Shown here: piece by piece, positions 48,245 to 56,196 of the stretch
Position numbering within the stretch: the first letter of the stretch is position 1
Layout of the letters: every line of letters starts with the position of its first letter
Assembly: GCA_036556425.1 (NCBI GenBank)
Contig: DATBJJ010000113.1
Location: 65,208 to 129,207 of the forward strand
DNA from: Vicinamibacterales bacterium
Lineage (GTDB): Bacteria; Acidobacteriota; Vicinamibacteria; Vicinamibacterales; 2-12-FULL-66-21
DNA: 64,000 nucleotides
Direction of reading: 5' to 3'
Notes under the pieces: model-generated
Database searches by the model: none
The model's input: only the letters and a program-made list of their open reading frames with translations
Told to the model about the DNA's origin: nothing
Program-made: the position numbers and the translations under genes

Positions 48245-48924
48245 CAACCCGCAAACTTATACCCTAATCCGTGGACCGTCAGAATGTATTGGGGATGGCG
48301 CGGGTTGGGCTCGATCTTCTGGCGCAGCCAGGCGACGTGGACGTCGACGGTCCGGGTGGAGGGCATCGAGTTGTAGCCCCACACCTCGTTGAGCAGCTCC
48401 TCGCGCGAGAGCGTGGCGCCGCGGTGCTCGATGAAATACCTCAGCAGCTGAAACTCGCGGGCGGACAGCTCGAGCGCCGCGCCCGCTCTCGTGATCTCCG
48501 CTTTCCTGAAGTCCATGCGAATATCGCCGAACTGGTGGCCTTCGGCGGGGTGAATCGTGGCGGGCGCGCGCCGGAGCTTCGCCTCGATGCGCGCGAGGAG
48601 CTCCACCATCTCGAAAGGCTTGGTGACGTAGTCGTCGGCGCCGAGCTTCAGGCCGACGACCTTGTCGACGACCTGTCCGCGCGCCGTCAGCATGATCACC
48701 GGCGTCTCGACGCCGCGTTTGCGAAGCTCGCGCATCACGTCGAACCCGCCGAGCCGCGGCAGCATGACGTCGAGCAGGACGAGATCGAACGGCTCGCTCG
48801 CGGCGCGCTCGAGCCCGCTCTCGCCGTCCGTGCTCGAGTCGACGGAATAGCCTTCGCGGGATAGCCGGTCGGTCAGCGTCATCACGAGACCGGGTTCGTC
48901 TTCGACGAGCAGCAGCCGTTTCAT
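48244..48924 (-). CDS. OmpR/PhoB-family response regulator
   Basis: ATG at 48924. MKRLLLVEDEPGL...DLVLLDVMLP...MLTARG...GADDYVTKPF (receiver domain), plus a winged-helix C-terminus (...TRTVDVHVAWLRQKIE...ILTVHGLGYKFAG). Confidence 0.95.
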   Translation of the reverse strand: MKRLLLVEDEPGLVMTLTDRLSREGYSVDSSTDGESGLERAASEPFDLVLLDVMLPRLGGFDVMRELRKRGVETPVIMLTARGQVVDKVVGLKLGADDYVTKPFEMVELLARIEAKLRRAPATIHPAEGHQFGDIRMDFRKAEITRAGAALELSAREFQLLRYFIEHRGATLSREELLNEVWGYNSMPSTRTVDVHVAWLRQKIEPNPRHPQYILTVHGLGYKFAG

Positions 48925-51113
48925 CCCTTTCCGGGGGGCTTCGCCCCCCGGAGCCCCCCTACTGGCTCGCTCGCGGAGCCCCAAAGCCCCGCGCCGCTCG
49001 CCAGGCTCACTCGCTCACGCTCGCTCGCTCCGGTCTCGAGATGGCTTCTAATCTCGGGGGGCCCGTCGGCAGGATTCGCGGCGTCTGCGGTCTCGTGGTT
49101 CGCGGTTTCGCGGTTCGCGGTTTCCTGGCTTCCGGCTTTCGCCGGAAGCGCCACGGTGAACTCGCTGCCATTGCGAGGCGCGCTCTTCACGGCCACTTGC
49201 CCGCCGTGCGCCGCAACGATTCGCTGCACGAGGCTGAGCCCGAGCCCGGCGCCCTGCATCTGCGCGGCGACGACGTCTGCGGCGCGATAGAACGGCTCGA
49301 AGATCTTGTCTTGATCGGCCGGCTCGATGCCGATGCCGCGGTCCGCGACCGTCACGAGGATGGTCGAGCCCTCGGCGCGAGCGCTCACGCGAATCCATCC
49401 GCCGGACGCACCGTACTTGATGGCGTTGTCGATCAGGTTCTGAAACACGCGGCGCAGCGCGGGCTCGTCGCCGAGCACCGAAGGAAGATTCGGAGGCAGA
49501 TCCAGATCGACCGTGAGGCCGGCGCCATCGATGATGGCTGCGGACGAAGACAGAATGTCGCGGATGAGAGAATCGATCGCGACGGGCCTCAGCGCGAATC
49601 CGCGCTGGCCGGACTGAATGCCGGCGAACTCGAGAATCTGTTCGACCATCTCGGTGAGCCGCCGCCCCTCGCTCCGCATCAGCTCTCCGTAGCGCCGGAT
49701 CCGATCTTCGTCGTGGACGACGCCGTCGGCGAGATTCTCGGCCGCCGATCGAATGACGGCGAGCGGCGTACGCAGCTCGTGCGACACGGCCGCCACGAAC
49801 TCCATCTGCTGCTTCGCCAATCGCTGCGCTCTCCTCGTCGCCAGGATCAGCAGCCCCATGCTGGCGCCGAGAATCCCCAGAATGCTGAAGCTGATGACGA
49901 CGTTCCGGCGGCGGGCGGCGGCCACGGCCGTTTCGAGCGAGCCCGACGGATGCGCCACGACGAGCTTCCACAACGGAGTGGAACCCGAGGTCGTCACGCG
50001 CGTCGATGTGGTGCTCGTTCGGCCGACGCCGCCACCGGAGGCGTTCTCCTGGATGAAGATCGAGAGCGGGCGCCCGTCGCCGGCGTTGACGCGGCCGCCG
50101 ACGTTTTCAGCCGGCGAGCCTGGCATTTGAGAGGCGGACGGCGGTCTCGCCCCCGCAAGGGCGGTGAATCGTCTCACCTCCGACACGAGCGCCGTGAAGT
50201 CCTGAGTCCGCACCTGAAACAGATCGGCGGTCGCGTCGGCCGGCGAGTCGATTGCCGGCGCGAACGAGGACGGCGATTGAAAGATCGGTCCGCCCTTCGA
50301 GACCACGGCAACCTTGAAATCGAGCGCTCCGTTCGCGCCTCCCGAATCGCGGCCCTGTGAGAAGTGACGCTGCGCCAATGCCGGCAGCAGTTCGCGGCGA
50401 ACGTAGTCCGCGTCGATGGCCAAAATCGAGTAGGCCATCGGCTGCGGCATTCGCAGCGCATGCTGGAAGGTTGCCGTGATGCTGGCGCGCGCGCGACCGA
50501 ACGGCTCGCCGGCCGTCGCCACGACCGTGATCGGCGAAGGAACGACGATCGCCGGCACGTCCTCCCAGATTGCGTTGGGGATCCGGCGAATGACGATCGC
50601 GCCGGCGTTCTGGCTCGTTCGATTGGCGGCGCCGACGTCAAGGTGAGCGCGCCAATTCGACATCGCCGCCGGCCACTCCACGGGCTCGAGCGTGCGTCGA
50701 GCCGGATCGTACTTTCGAAGCGACGCCGTTCCGTCGCCGCCCTGCGTGAACGCGTACACATCCTTCAGCACGCGTGGAAAACGTGAGTTCGCCTGCCAGT
50801 GGTCGTAGCGCGCGGCGAAGCGCTGCGCGATCTGCTCGTCGCTCTCGGTCGCGCCCGCGGGATCCGTGGGGAACTGGCCGGATTGGCCAATCAATCGCGA
50901 CTCGCTCTGGAAGAGGAGATACGCGCGATTGATCTCGCGATCGAAGTCCTGCGCGAATTCCTGCGCGCCCGCGGCCAACGTGGCGCGGCGCTGCGCGCGC
51001 TCCGCCTCACTGATCTGACCGAGCCAGTGGTACTGCAGCCATGCGAGCACGGCGATCAGGCCGACGAGCGTGAGGCTGACGAGCGCGAGCGGCGGCTGAA
51101 AACGCCTCCACAT
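48921..51113 (-). CDS. sensor histidine kinase with a low-complexity C-terminal tail of about 70 aa
   Basis: N-terminal TM, large sensor region, second TM, HisKA (FVAAVSHELRTPLAVI), and HATPase (N-box NLIDNAIKY, G-boxes DRGIGI and GAGLGLSLV). After ...EFTVALPAKAG the ORF reads through the repeat/hairpin region to an ATGA overlap with the RR. Confidence 0.88.
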   Translation of the reverse strand: MWRRFQPPLALVSLTLVGLIAVLAWLQYHWLGQISEAERAQRRATLAAGAQEFAQDFDREINRAYLLFQSESRLIGQSGQFPTDPAGATESDEQIAQRFAARYDHWQANSRFPRVLKDVYAFTQGGDGTASLRKYDPARRTLEPVEWPAAMSNWRAHLDVGAANRTSQNAGAIVIRRIPNAIWEDVPAIVVPSPITVVATAGEPFGRARASITATFQHALRMPQPMAYSILAIDADYVRRELLPALAQRHFSQGRDSGGANGALDFKVAVVSKGGPIFQSPSSFAPAIDSPADATADLFQVRTQDFTALVSEVRRFTALAGARPPSASQMPGSPAENVGGRVNAGDGRPLSIFIQENASGGGVGRTSTTSTRVTTSGSTPLWKLVVAHPSGSLETAVAAARRRNVVISFSILGILGASMGLLILATRRAQRLAKQQMEFVAAVSHELRTPLAVIRSAAENLADGVVHDEDRIRRYGELMRSEGRRLTEMVEQILEFAGIQSGQRGFALRPVAIDSLIRDILSSSAAIIDGAGLTVDLDLPPNLPSVLGDEPALRRVFQNLIDNAIKYGASGGWIRVSARAEGSTILVTVADRGIGIEPADQDKIFEPFYRAADVVAAQMQGAGLGLSLVQRIVAAHGGQVAVKSAPRNGSEFTVALPAKAGSQETANRETANHETADAANPADGPPEIRSHLETGASERERVSLASGAGLWGSASEPVGGLRGAKPPGKG
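49086..49143. repeat. tandem GGTT(T)CGC-type 7-8 bp repeats inside the histidine kinase 3' tail
   Basis: GCGGTCTCGT GGTTCGC GGTTTCGC GGTTCGC GGTTTCC TGGCTTCC GGCTTTCGCC. Translated on the minus strand as ...ETANRETANHETAD... Confidence 0.85.
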
Positions 51114-51184
51114 GGGTCGAGTCTAGCACCAGGCCGGCGGGCGCCGGGCGCTGGATCGGCGCGGAATCGCGAGGTTTTACGTCC

Positions 51185-51211
51185 TTAACAAACTCTTAGC
51201 GTGCGCTTAAC
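51185..51211. promoter_or_regulatory. three direct TTA(A/G)C repeats with exact 11-bp phasing; candidate OmpR-family response-regulator site
   Basis: TTAAC (51185), TTAGC (51196), TTAAC (51207), each preceded by C. Located in the 199-bp divergent intergenic region between the HK-RR operon (start 51113) and the 51313 gene. Confidence 0.4.
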
Positions 51212-51312
51212 CATTCACGCCGACCGCCGCCGCAATATCGATCGTCATCTACATCAGTCGTCATCATCAATCGTGATCTCGATCAATGGTCGACATCACG
51301 CGAGGACACATC

Positions 51313-52359
51313 ATGCGAATCAGGGAGTGGATCAGTACCGCGATCTTGGCCGTCGTCGCCGCCGCGTATGTCGTCGCGTTCTCGCACGCGCAGGCGCGGT
51401 CGGATGCGAAGGCCGCCGCGGTGATCGCGGACATGCGCAAAGCGCTCGGCGGCGATCAGAAGCTCGCCGGCATCAAGAGCCTCTCGGTGCGCGCCGACTA
51501 TCGGCGCGAGATGAGCGCGATGGCCGGCGGCGGCGGAACGATGACGATCATGATGATGGGCGGACCCGGCGGAGCGGGAGGCGCCGCGCACGGATCGCAG
51601 CAGACGGCGGGCAAGATCGAAATCGATCTGGACTTTCCCGATCGTTATCTGAAGCGCGACATCGGCAGCGCGGGATTCTCGATGACGCGCACCGAGGGCT
51701 TCGAAGGCACGCGGCCGTTCATCGAAGTCGTCGGCAACAGCCCGGGCATGACGGTCCGCGCGGACAATCCGGCCGCCGATCCCGAGCGCGCCAAGCAGGC
51801 GCTGAGGCGCAGCAACACCGAGCTCGCGCGCTTGCTCATCGGACTCACAGGGACGCCGCAGCCTGGATTCCCGGTGACGTTCTCGTACGCCGGCCAGGCG
51901 GAATCTCCCGACGGCAAAGCGGACATCGTCGACGCCGCCGGTCCCGAAGATTTCAAGCTGCGCCTGTTCGTCGACGTCGAGACGCATCTTCCGCTGATGA
52001 TGACGTTCCTCGAGCCGGAGCCGCGAATGATCACGCGCACGATGACCCGCGATCAGGGCTCGCGCGGAGGCGGACCCGTCAGCGTGACCGCGCCCGGCGC
52101 GGGAGGATCGGGTGCCATCCCAGGACTGACGCCAGAGCAGCAAGCGGAGCTCGACAAGCAGCGGAAGGAAGCGCAGGCGGCGCCGGTCAAGATGATCGAG
52201 CAGCGGCTCTTCTTCTCCGATCACCGCAAGGTGGACGGCGTCTCGCTCCCGCATCGTATCGCGCGAGGCACGGCCGAGAAGACCACCGAAGAGTGGGACA
52301 TCACCAGCTACAAGCTGAACCCGCCGTTCAAAGCGGACCGCTTCAAGGTTGGAAGCTAG
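51313..52359 (+). CDS. secreted hypothetical protein (Gly/Met-rich insert), upstream partner of the outer-membrane barrel gene
   Basis: ATG at 51313. MRIREWISTAILAVVAAAYVVAFSHA (signal peptide), coding-like codon bias. The stop lies 1 nt before the next start. No domain recognised. Confidence 0.6.
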   Translation: MRIREWISTAILAVVAAAYVVAFSHAQARSDAKAAAVIADMRKALGGDQKLAGIKSLSVRADYRREMSAMAGGGGTMTIMMMGGPGGAGGAAHGSQQTAGKIEIDLDFPDRYLKRDIGSAGFSMTRTEGFEGTRPFIEVVGNSPGMTVRADNPAADPERAKQALRRSNTELARLLIGLTGTPQPGFPVTFSYAGQAESPDGKADIVDAAGPEDFKLRLFVDVETHLPLMMTFLEPEPRMITRTMTRDQGSRGGGPVSVTAPGAGGSGAIPGLTPEQQAELDKQRKEAQAAPVKMIEQRLFFSDHRKVDGVSLPHRIARGTAEKTTEEWDITSYKLNPPFKADRFKVGS

Positions 52360-52360
52360 C

Positions 52361-55006
52361 ATGCGATTCGCTACACGCGCGCTTGAATCGTCGATCGCCG
52401 CGCTCCTCGCATTGAGCCTCGTCGCGGCGAGCGCCGCCGCGCAAACATCACGCGACACCGCGATTCGCGTCGTCGTCGTCGATCAAACCGGCGGGATCAT
52501 CGTCAATGCAACCGTGACCCTTCAGCCAATCGATCCGGCTGGCGCCGCGATCGAGGCGAAGACGAACGATCAGGGCGAAGCGATCTTCGGCGGATTGACG
52601 GCGGGCCGATATGCGGTGCGCTCCGAGTTCCCGGGATTCGAGCCGAAACAGCTCGACGACGTGCGCGTGCGCCGAGGGACGACCGCTCGCCGTGAAATGA
52701 AGCTGAACCTGGCAAAGGTCGCCGAAGACGTCGTCGTCGGACAGGATCCCCGCGATCGCGCGCTCGATCCGCGCGGGAACGCGTTCGGCAACCTCCTGAC
52801 GCGCGCCCAAATCGAGGCGCTGCCCGACGATCCGGACGAGATGGAAGCGGCGCTGAAGGAAATGGCCGGCCCTGGCGCGACGATTCGCGTCGACGGGTTC
52901 CGCGGCGGCAAGCTGCCGCCCAAATCGCAGATTCAATCGATTCGCTTCCGCCGCGACATGTTCGCCGCCGAGAACCATGGCGGCGGCATGGTGTTCGTCG
53001 ACATTCACACGCGTCCGGGCGGCGGACCCTTGCGAGGAACGGTGGACTTCACGTTCCGCGACGAGTCGTTGAACGCACGCAATGCGTTCGCACCGCGCGA
53101 AGCGGCCGAACAGCAGCAGAACGGCACGTTCACGCTGACCGGCAGCCTGTTCAAGGATCGCACCGGCTTCTCGCTCGTGACGAATGGCGTCACGGCATAC
53201 GATTCGAAAACGCTGAACGCCGTTACGCCGCAGCGGCCGGTCTCGGACAGCGTCCGCAGACCTACGGATCGCACGAGCTTCACCGCGCGCGTCGATCACG
53301 CGTTGACCAAATCGGCGACGCTTCGATCGAGCTATCAGCGCAGCGGCGCCGCGAGCGAGAATCTCGGCGTCGGCGATTTCGATCTGCCGAGCCGCGGCTA
53401 CTCGCGCGAGACGACCGAGGATGTGTTCCGGCTGTCGGTCGCGACGCCGGTCGGCCGGAACTTCTACAACGAGACCCGATTTCAAGCGCGCCATCACACG
53501 AGCGCTTCCGCATCGTCGAGCGATGCGCCCGCGCTCATCGTCCTCGATGCGTTCAACGCGGGAGGCGCGCAGATGGCCGGCGGCCGCCGCGGCACCGACT
53601 TCGAGCTCGCAACCGATTTCGACTACGCGAAGGGCCGGCATTCCGCGCGCGCAGGCATGCTCCTCGAAGCCGGACGCTATCGGAGCGACGACGTGCGGAA
53701 CGCCGGTGGGACGTTCACATTCGAGAGCCTTGCGGCGTACGAGTCGGGCCGGCCGACGACGTTCACCGAGCGTACGGGCAACCCGCTAGTGCAGTACGGC
53801 CACGCGCAGATGGGATGGTACGTGCAGGACGACATTCGCGTCGCACGGAGCCTCTCGATGAGCGTCGGGATGCGACACGAGCTCCAGACGCACGCGGACG
53901 ACTATCTGAACTTCGCGCCGAGGTTCGGCGCGACATGGTCGCCGTTCAAGAGCGGCAAGACGACGCTTCGCGGCGGCGTGGGCATCTTCTACGACTGGTA
54001 CGACTCTCAGTTCTACGAGCAGACGCTTCGTGTCGACGGCTCACGGCAGGTGGATCTCGTCGTGCGGAACCCCGGATTCCCGGACCCGTTCTCCGGCGGC
54101 GGCGCGATCGTTCTTCCATCGAGCCGCTACTTGCAAGCCGGCGACCTGAAGCTGCCAACGACGCTGCGATCGAACGTCGGCATCGAGCGGATGGTTGGAA
54201 AGATCGCGCGTGTGAACGTCGCGTACAGCTTCTCTCGAGGCCGTCAGCTCTTTCGCGGCCGCAACGTGAACGCGCCGTTCGCGGACGGCACGCGGCCCGA
54301 TCCGACTGCGGGGAACATCACACAGGTCGAGTCCACCGCGCGGTCGGAAGGCCACGTCGTCAACACGGGCCTCAACGTGAATCTGCCGTGGCATCGCACG
54401 TTCTTGTTCGTGAACTACGCCTTCGCGCACGTGAACAACGACACGGACGGTCCGTTCAGCCTGCCCGCGAACAGCTTCGATCCTGGCGCCGAGTGGGGAC
54501 CGGGCCTCGGGGACATCCGGCACCGCGTGGCGGGCATGTTCAACATGAATCTGTGGGCCGGCTTCAAGATCGCGACGACCTTCAGCGCGAGCTCCGCGGC
54601 GCCATACACGATCACCACCGGACGCGATGACAACGGCGATACCGTCAGCAACGATCGGCCCGCGGGCGTCGGCCGCAACGGCGCCCGAGGATCGTCGCGC
54701 TGGGATGCGGGCGGCCGGTTGAGCTACACGTTCGGGTTCGGCCGCAGGCCGGGCGCGGACGGCGCTGGCGGCGGCCAGCAGGTGATCATGATTCGAGGCG
54801 GCGGCGGAGATCTGCCGATCGGCGGCTTCAGCGGCGGATCCGAAGACAAACGCTGGAGGATCGAGCTGTATGTGGCAGCCACGAATCTGGCCAACCACAC
54901 GAACCTCATGGGCTACAGCGGCGTGATGACGTCGCCGTTCTTCGGTCAGCCCACGTCGGCGGGGCCGTCGCGAAAGCTCGAGGTGGGCGCGAGGTTTGGA
55001 TTCTGA
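52361..55006 (+). CDS. carboxypeptidase-regulatory-like domain / TonB-dependent-receptor-like outer membrane beta-barrel
   Basis: Signal peptide, CarboxypepD_reg-like N-domain (IRVVVVDQTGGIIVNATVTL...GRYAVRSEFPGF), a long alternating beta-strand region, and a C-terminal ...LEVGARFGF beta-signal. Confidence 0.85.
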   Translation: MRFATRALESSIAALLALSLVAASAAAQTSRDTAIRVVVVDQTGGIIVNATVTLQPIDPAGAAIEAKTNDQGEAIFGGLTAGRYAVRSEFPGFEPKQLDDVRVRRGTTARREMKLNLAKVAEDVVVGQDPRDRALDPRGNAFGNLLTRAQIEALPDDPDEMEAALKEMAGPGATIRVDGFRGGKLPPKSQIQSIRFRRDMFAAENHGGGMVFVDIHTRPGGGPLRGTVDFTFRDESLNARNAFAPREAAEQQQNGTFTLTGSLFKDRTGFSLVTNGVTAYDSKTLNAVTPQRPVSDSVRRPTDRTSFTARVDHALTKSATLRSSYQRSGAASENLGVGDFDLPSRGYSRETTEDVFRLSVATPVGRNFYNETRFQARHHTSASASSSDAPALIVLDAFNAGGAQMAGGRRGTDFELATDFDYAKGRHSARAGMLLEAGRYRSDDVRNAGGTFTFESLAAYESGRPTTFTERTGNPLVQYGHAQMGWYVQDDIRVARSLSMSVGMRHELQTHADDYLNFAPRFGATWSPFKSGKTTLRGGVGIFYDWYDSQFYEQTLRVDGSRQVDLVVRNPGFPDPFSGGGAIVLPSSRYLQAGDLKLPTTLRSNVGIERMVGKIARVNVAYSFSRGRQLFRGRNVNAPFADGTRPDPTAGNITQVESTARSEGHVVNTGLNVNLPWHRTFLFVNYAFAHVNNDTDGPFSLPANSFDPGAEWGPGLGDIRHRVAGMFNMNLWAGFKIATTFSASSAAPYTITTGRDDNGDTVSNDRPAGVGRNGARGSSRWDAGGRLSYTFGFGRRPGADGAGGGQQVIMIRGGGGDLPIGGFSGGSEDKRWRIELYVAATNLANHTNLMGYSGVMTSPFFGQPTSAGPSRKLEVGARFGF

Positions 55007-56154
55007 GAGGGCGCTCCGCGGAACAGTTGATCGACCGCGAGGAAATACGGCAGCGCGAGCGCCGAAAGACACGCTGCCGTCGCGAACGCGGTTGAAAAAC
55101 CAAACCGCTGAATCAGCCACCCCATCACCGTCGATCCGGATCCGACGCCGGTGTCGAATGCCGCGAGGATCGCGCCGAACGCCGCGCCTCGGCGATCCGG
55201 ATCGATGCCCTGCATGACGTATCCGACGTAAACCGGATACGCCGTACCGAAGCCGACGCCGAAGACGATCGCCGACGCAACCATCCACGATCGCGTGCCG
55301 TCCACCGACAGCAGCGCCAGACCGAGGCTGATCATCACGAGGCACGGCACGAACATGCGCTTGTAGCCCCACCGATCGCCGAGCCGGCCCGCGAACGGCC
55401 GCGTCAGGAGGATCGTGATCGCGAGCGCCGTCAAGTAAATGCTCTTCGGCGTGACGCCATTCGCATCGGCGTAGAGCGCGGTGAAGCTCGTGATGCCTCC
55501 GTAGCCAAACGAGTAGAGGAACAGGCTGACGGACGTGACGAGTACTCGCCACTCGAGCAGCCCTCGCGATCGCTTCGGCGATCCGTTGGCGACTGCCGGG
55601 CGCCGGAGATTCCACGCGATCGCCGCCATGATCAGATTGAGCGCCGCGCCGACGGCGCACAGCGATACCCATCCGCCGTGTTTGTAGATCCAGAGCCCGA
55701 CGCTCGGAGCCACGGCCATCGCCGCAACCGTCGAGAGCCCCCAATACCCGATCCCTTCCGCGCGGCGGTTCTCCGGCAGCAGGCTCGTCATGTACGACGC
55801 CGACGCCGAGAGCAGACCCGACCAGAAGATGCCGTGCACGATCACGAGGAAGAGCACCACGCGATAGCTCGGGATGATCGCGTAGCCCAGCGAGAACGCT
55901 GCGAGCGCGAGGCTCGAGACGATCAGAATCGTCCGCTGGCCCATCCGATCGGCCAGCGCGCCCGTCAGCGGGGCCGAGATTGCGGACGAGTACGTCAGGA
56001 ATCCAAGGAAGAGCCCCGAGGCGAACGTGCTGCCGCCGAGATCCAGGATGTGGAACGGCGCTGTCGGCAGCAGTTGAAACGCGGAGAGGAAAACCGTGAA
56101 CGTGAACCCGCACATCACGAAGAAGTGCGGAGTAAAGAGACGATCGGACGACAT
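54946..56154 (-). CDS. MFS transporter
   Basis: 402 aa, about 12 hydrophobic helices, MFS loop motif (GALADRMGQRT; second half GRLGDRWGYKR). The 3' end overlaps the convergent barrel gene by 61 nt. Confidence 0.88.
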   Translation of the reverse strand: MSSDRLFTPHFFVMCGFTFTVFLSAFQLLPTAPFHILDLGGSTFASGLFLGFLTYSSAISAPLTGALADRMGQRTILIVSSLALAAFSLGYAIIPSYRVVLFLVIVHGIFWSGLLSASASYMTSLLPENRRAEGIGYWGLSTVAAMAVAPSVGLWIYKHGGWVSLCAVGAALNLIMAAIAWNLRRPAVANGSPKRSRGLLEWRVLVTSVSLFLYSFGYGGITSFTALYADANGVTPKSIYLTALAITILLTRPFAGRLGDRWGYKRMFVPCLVMISLGLALLSVDGTRSWMVASAIVFGVGFGTAYPVYVGYVMQGIDPDRRGAAFGAILAAFDTGVGSGSTVMGWLIQRFGFSTAFATAACLSALALPYFLAVDQLFRGAPSQNPNLAPTSSFRDGPADVG

Positions 56155-56196
56155 TGAATCGTACGATCGTATCAGATGCGCTGAACGCGCGCCGAA

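Noticed and set aside
51242-51278. TCGTCATC / TCGTCATC / TCGTGATC direct repeats upstream of the 51313 gene
   Set aside because: The spacings are irregular (16 and 13 bp), the motifs are short, and they overlap the probable 5' UTR. The evidence is too weak to call a site.
54946-55006. 61-nt convergent overlap of the barrel gene and the MFS gene (also 26 nt at 7917..7942, 11 nt at 41258..41268, and CTAG shared stops at 45622..45625)
   Set aside because: Convergent 3' overlaps of this size are common in compact high-GC genomes and probably reflect late stop codons. No additional structure was seen.
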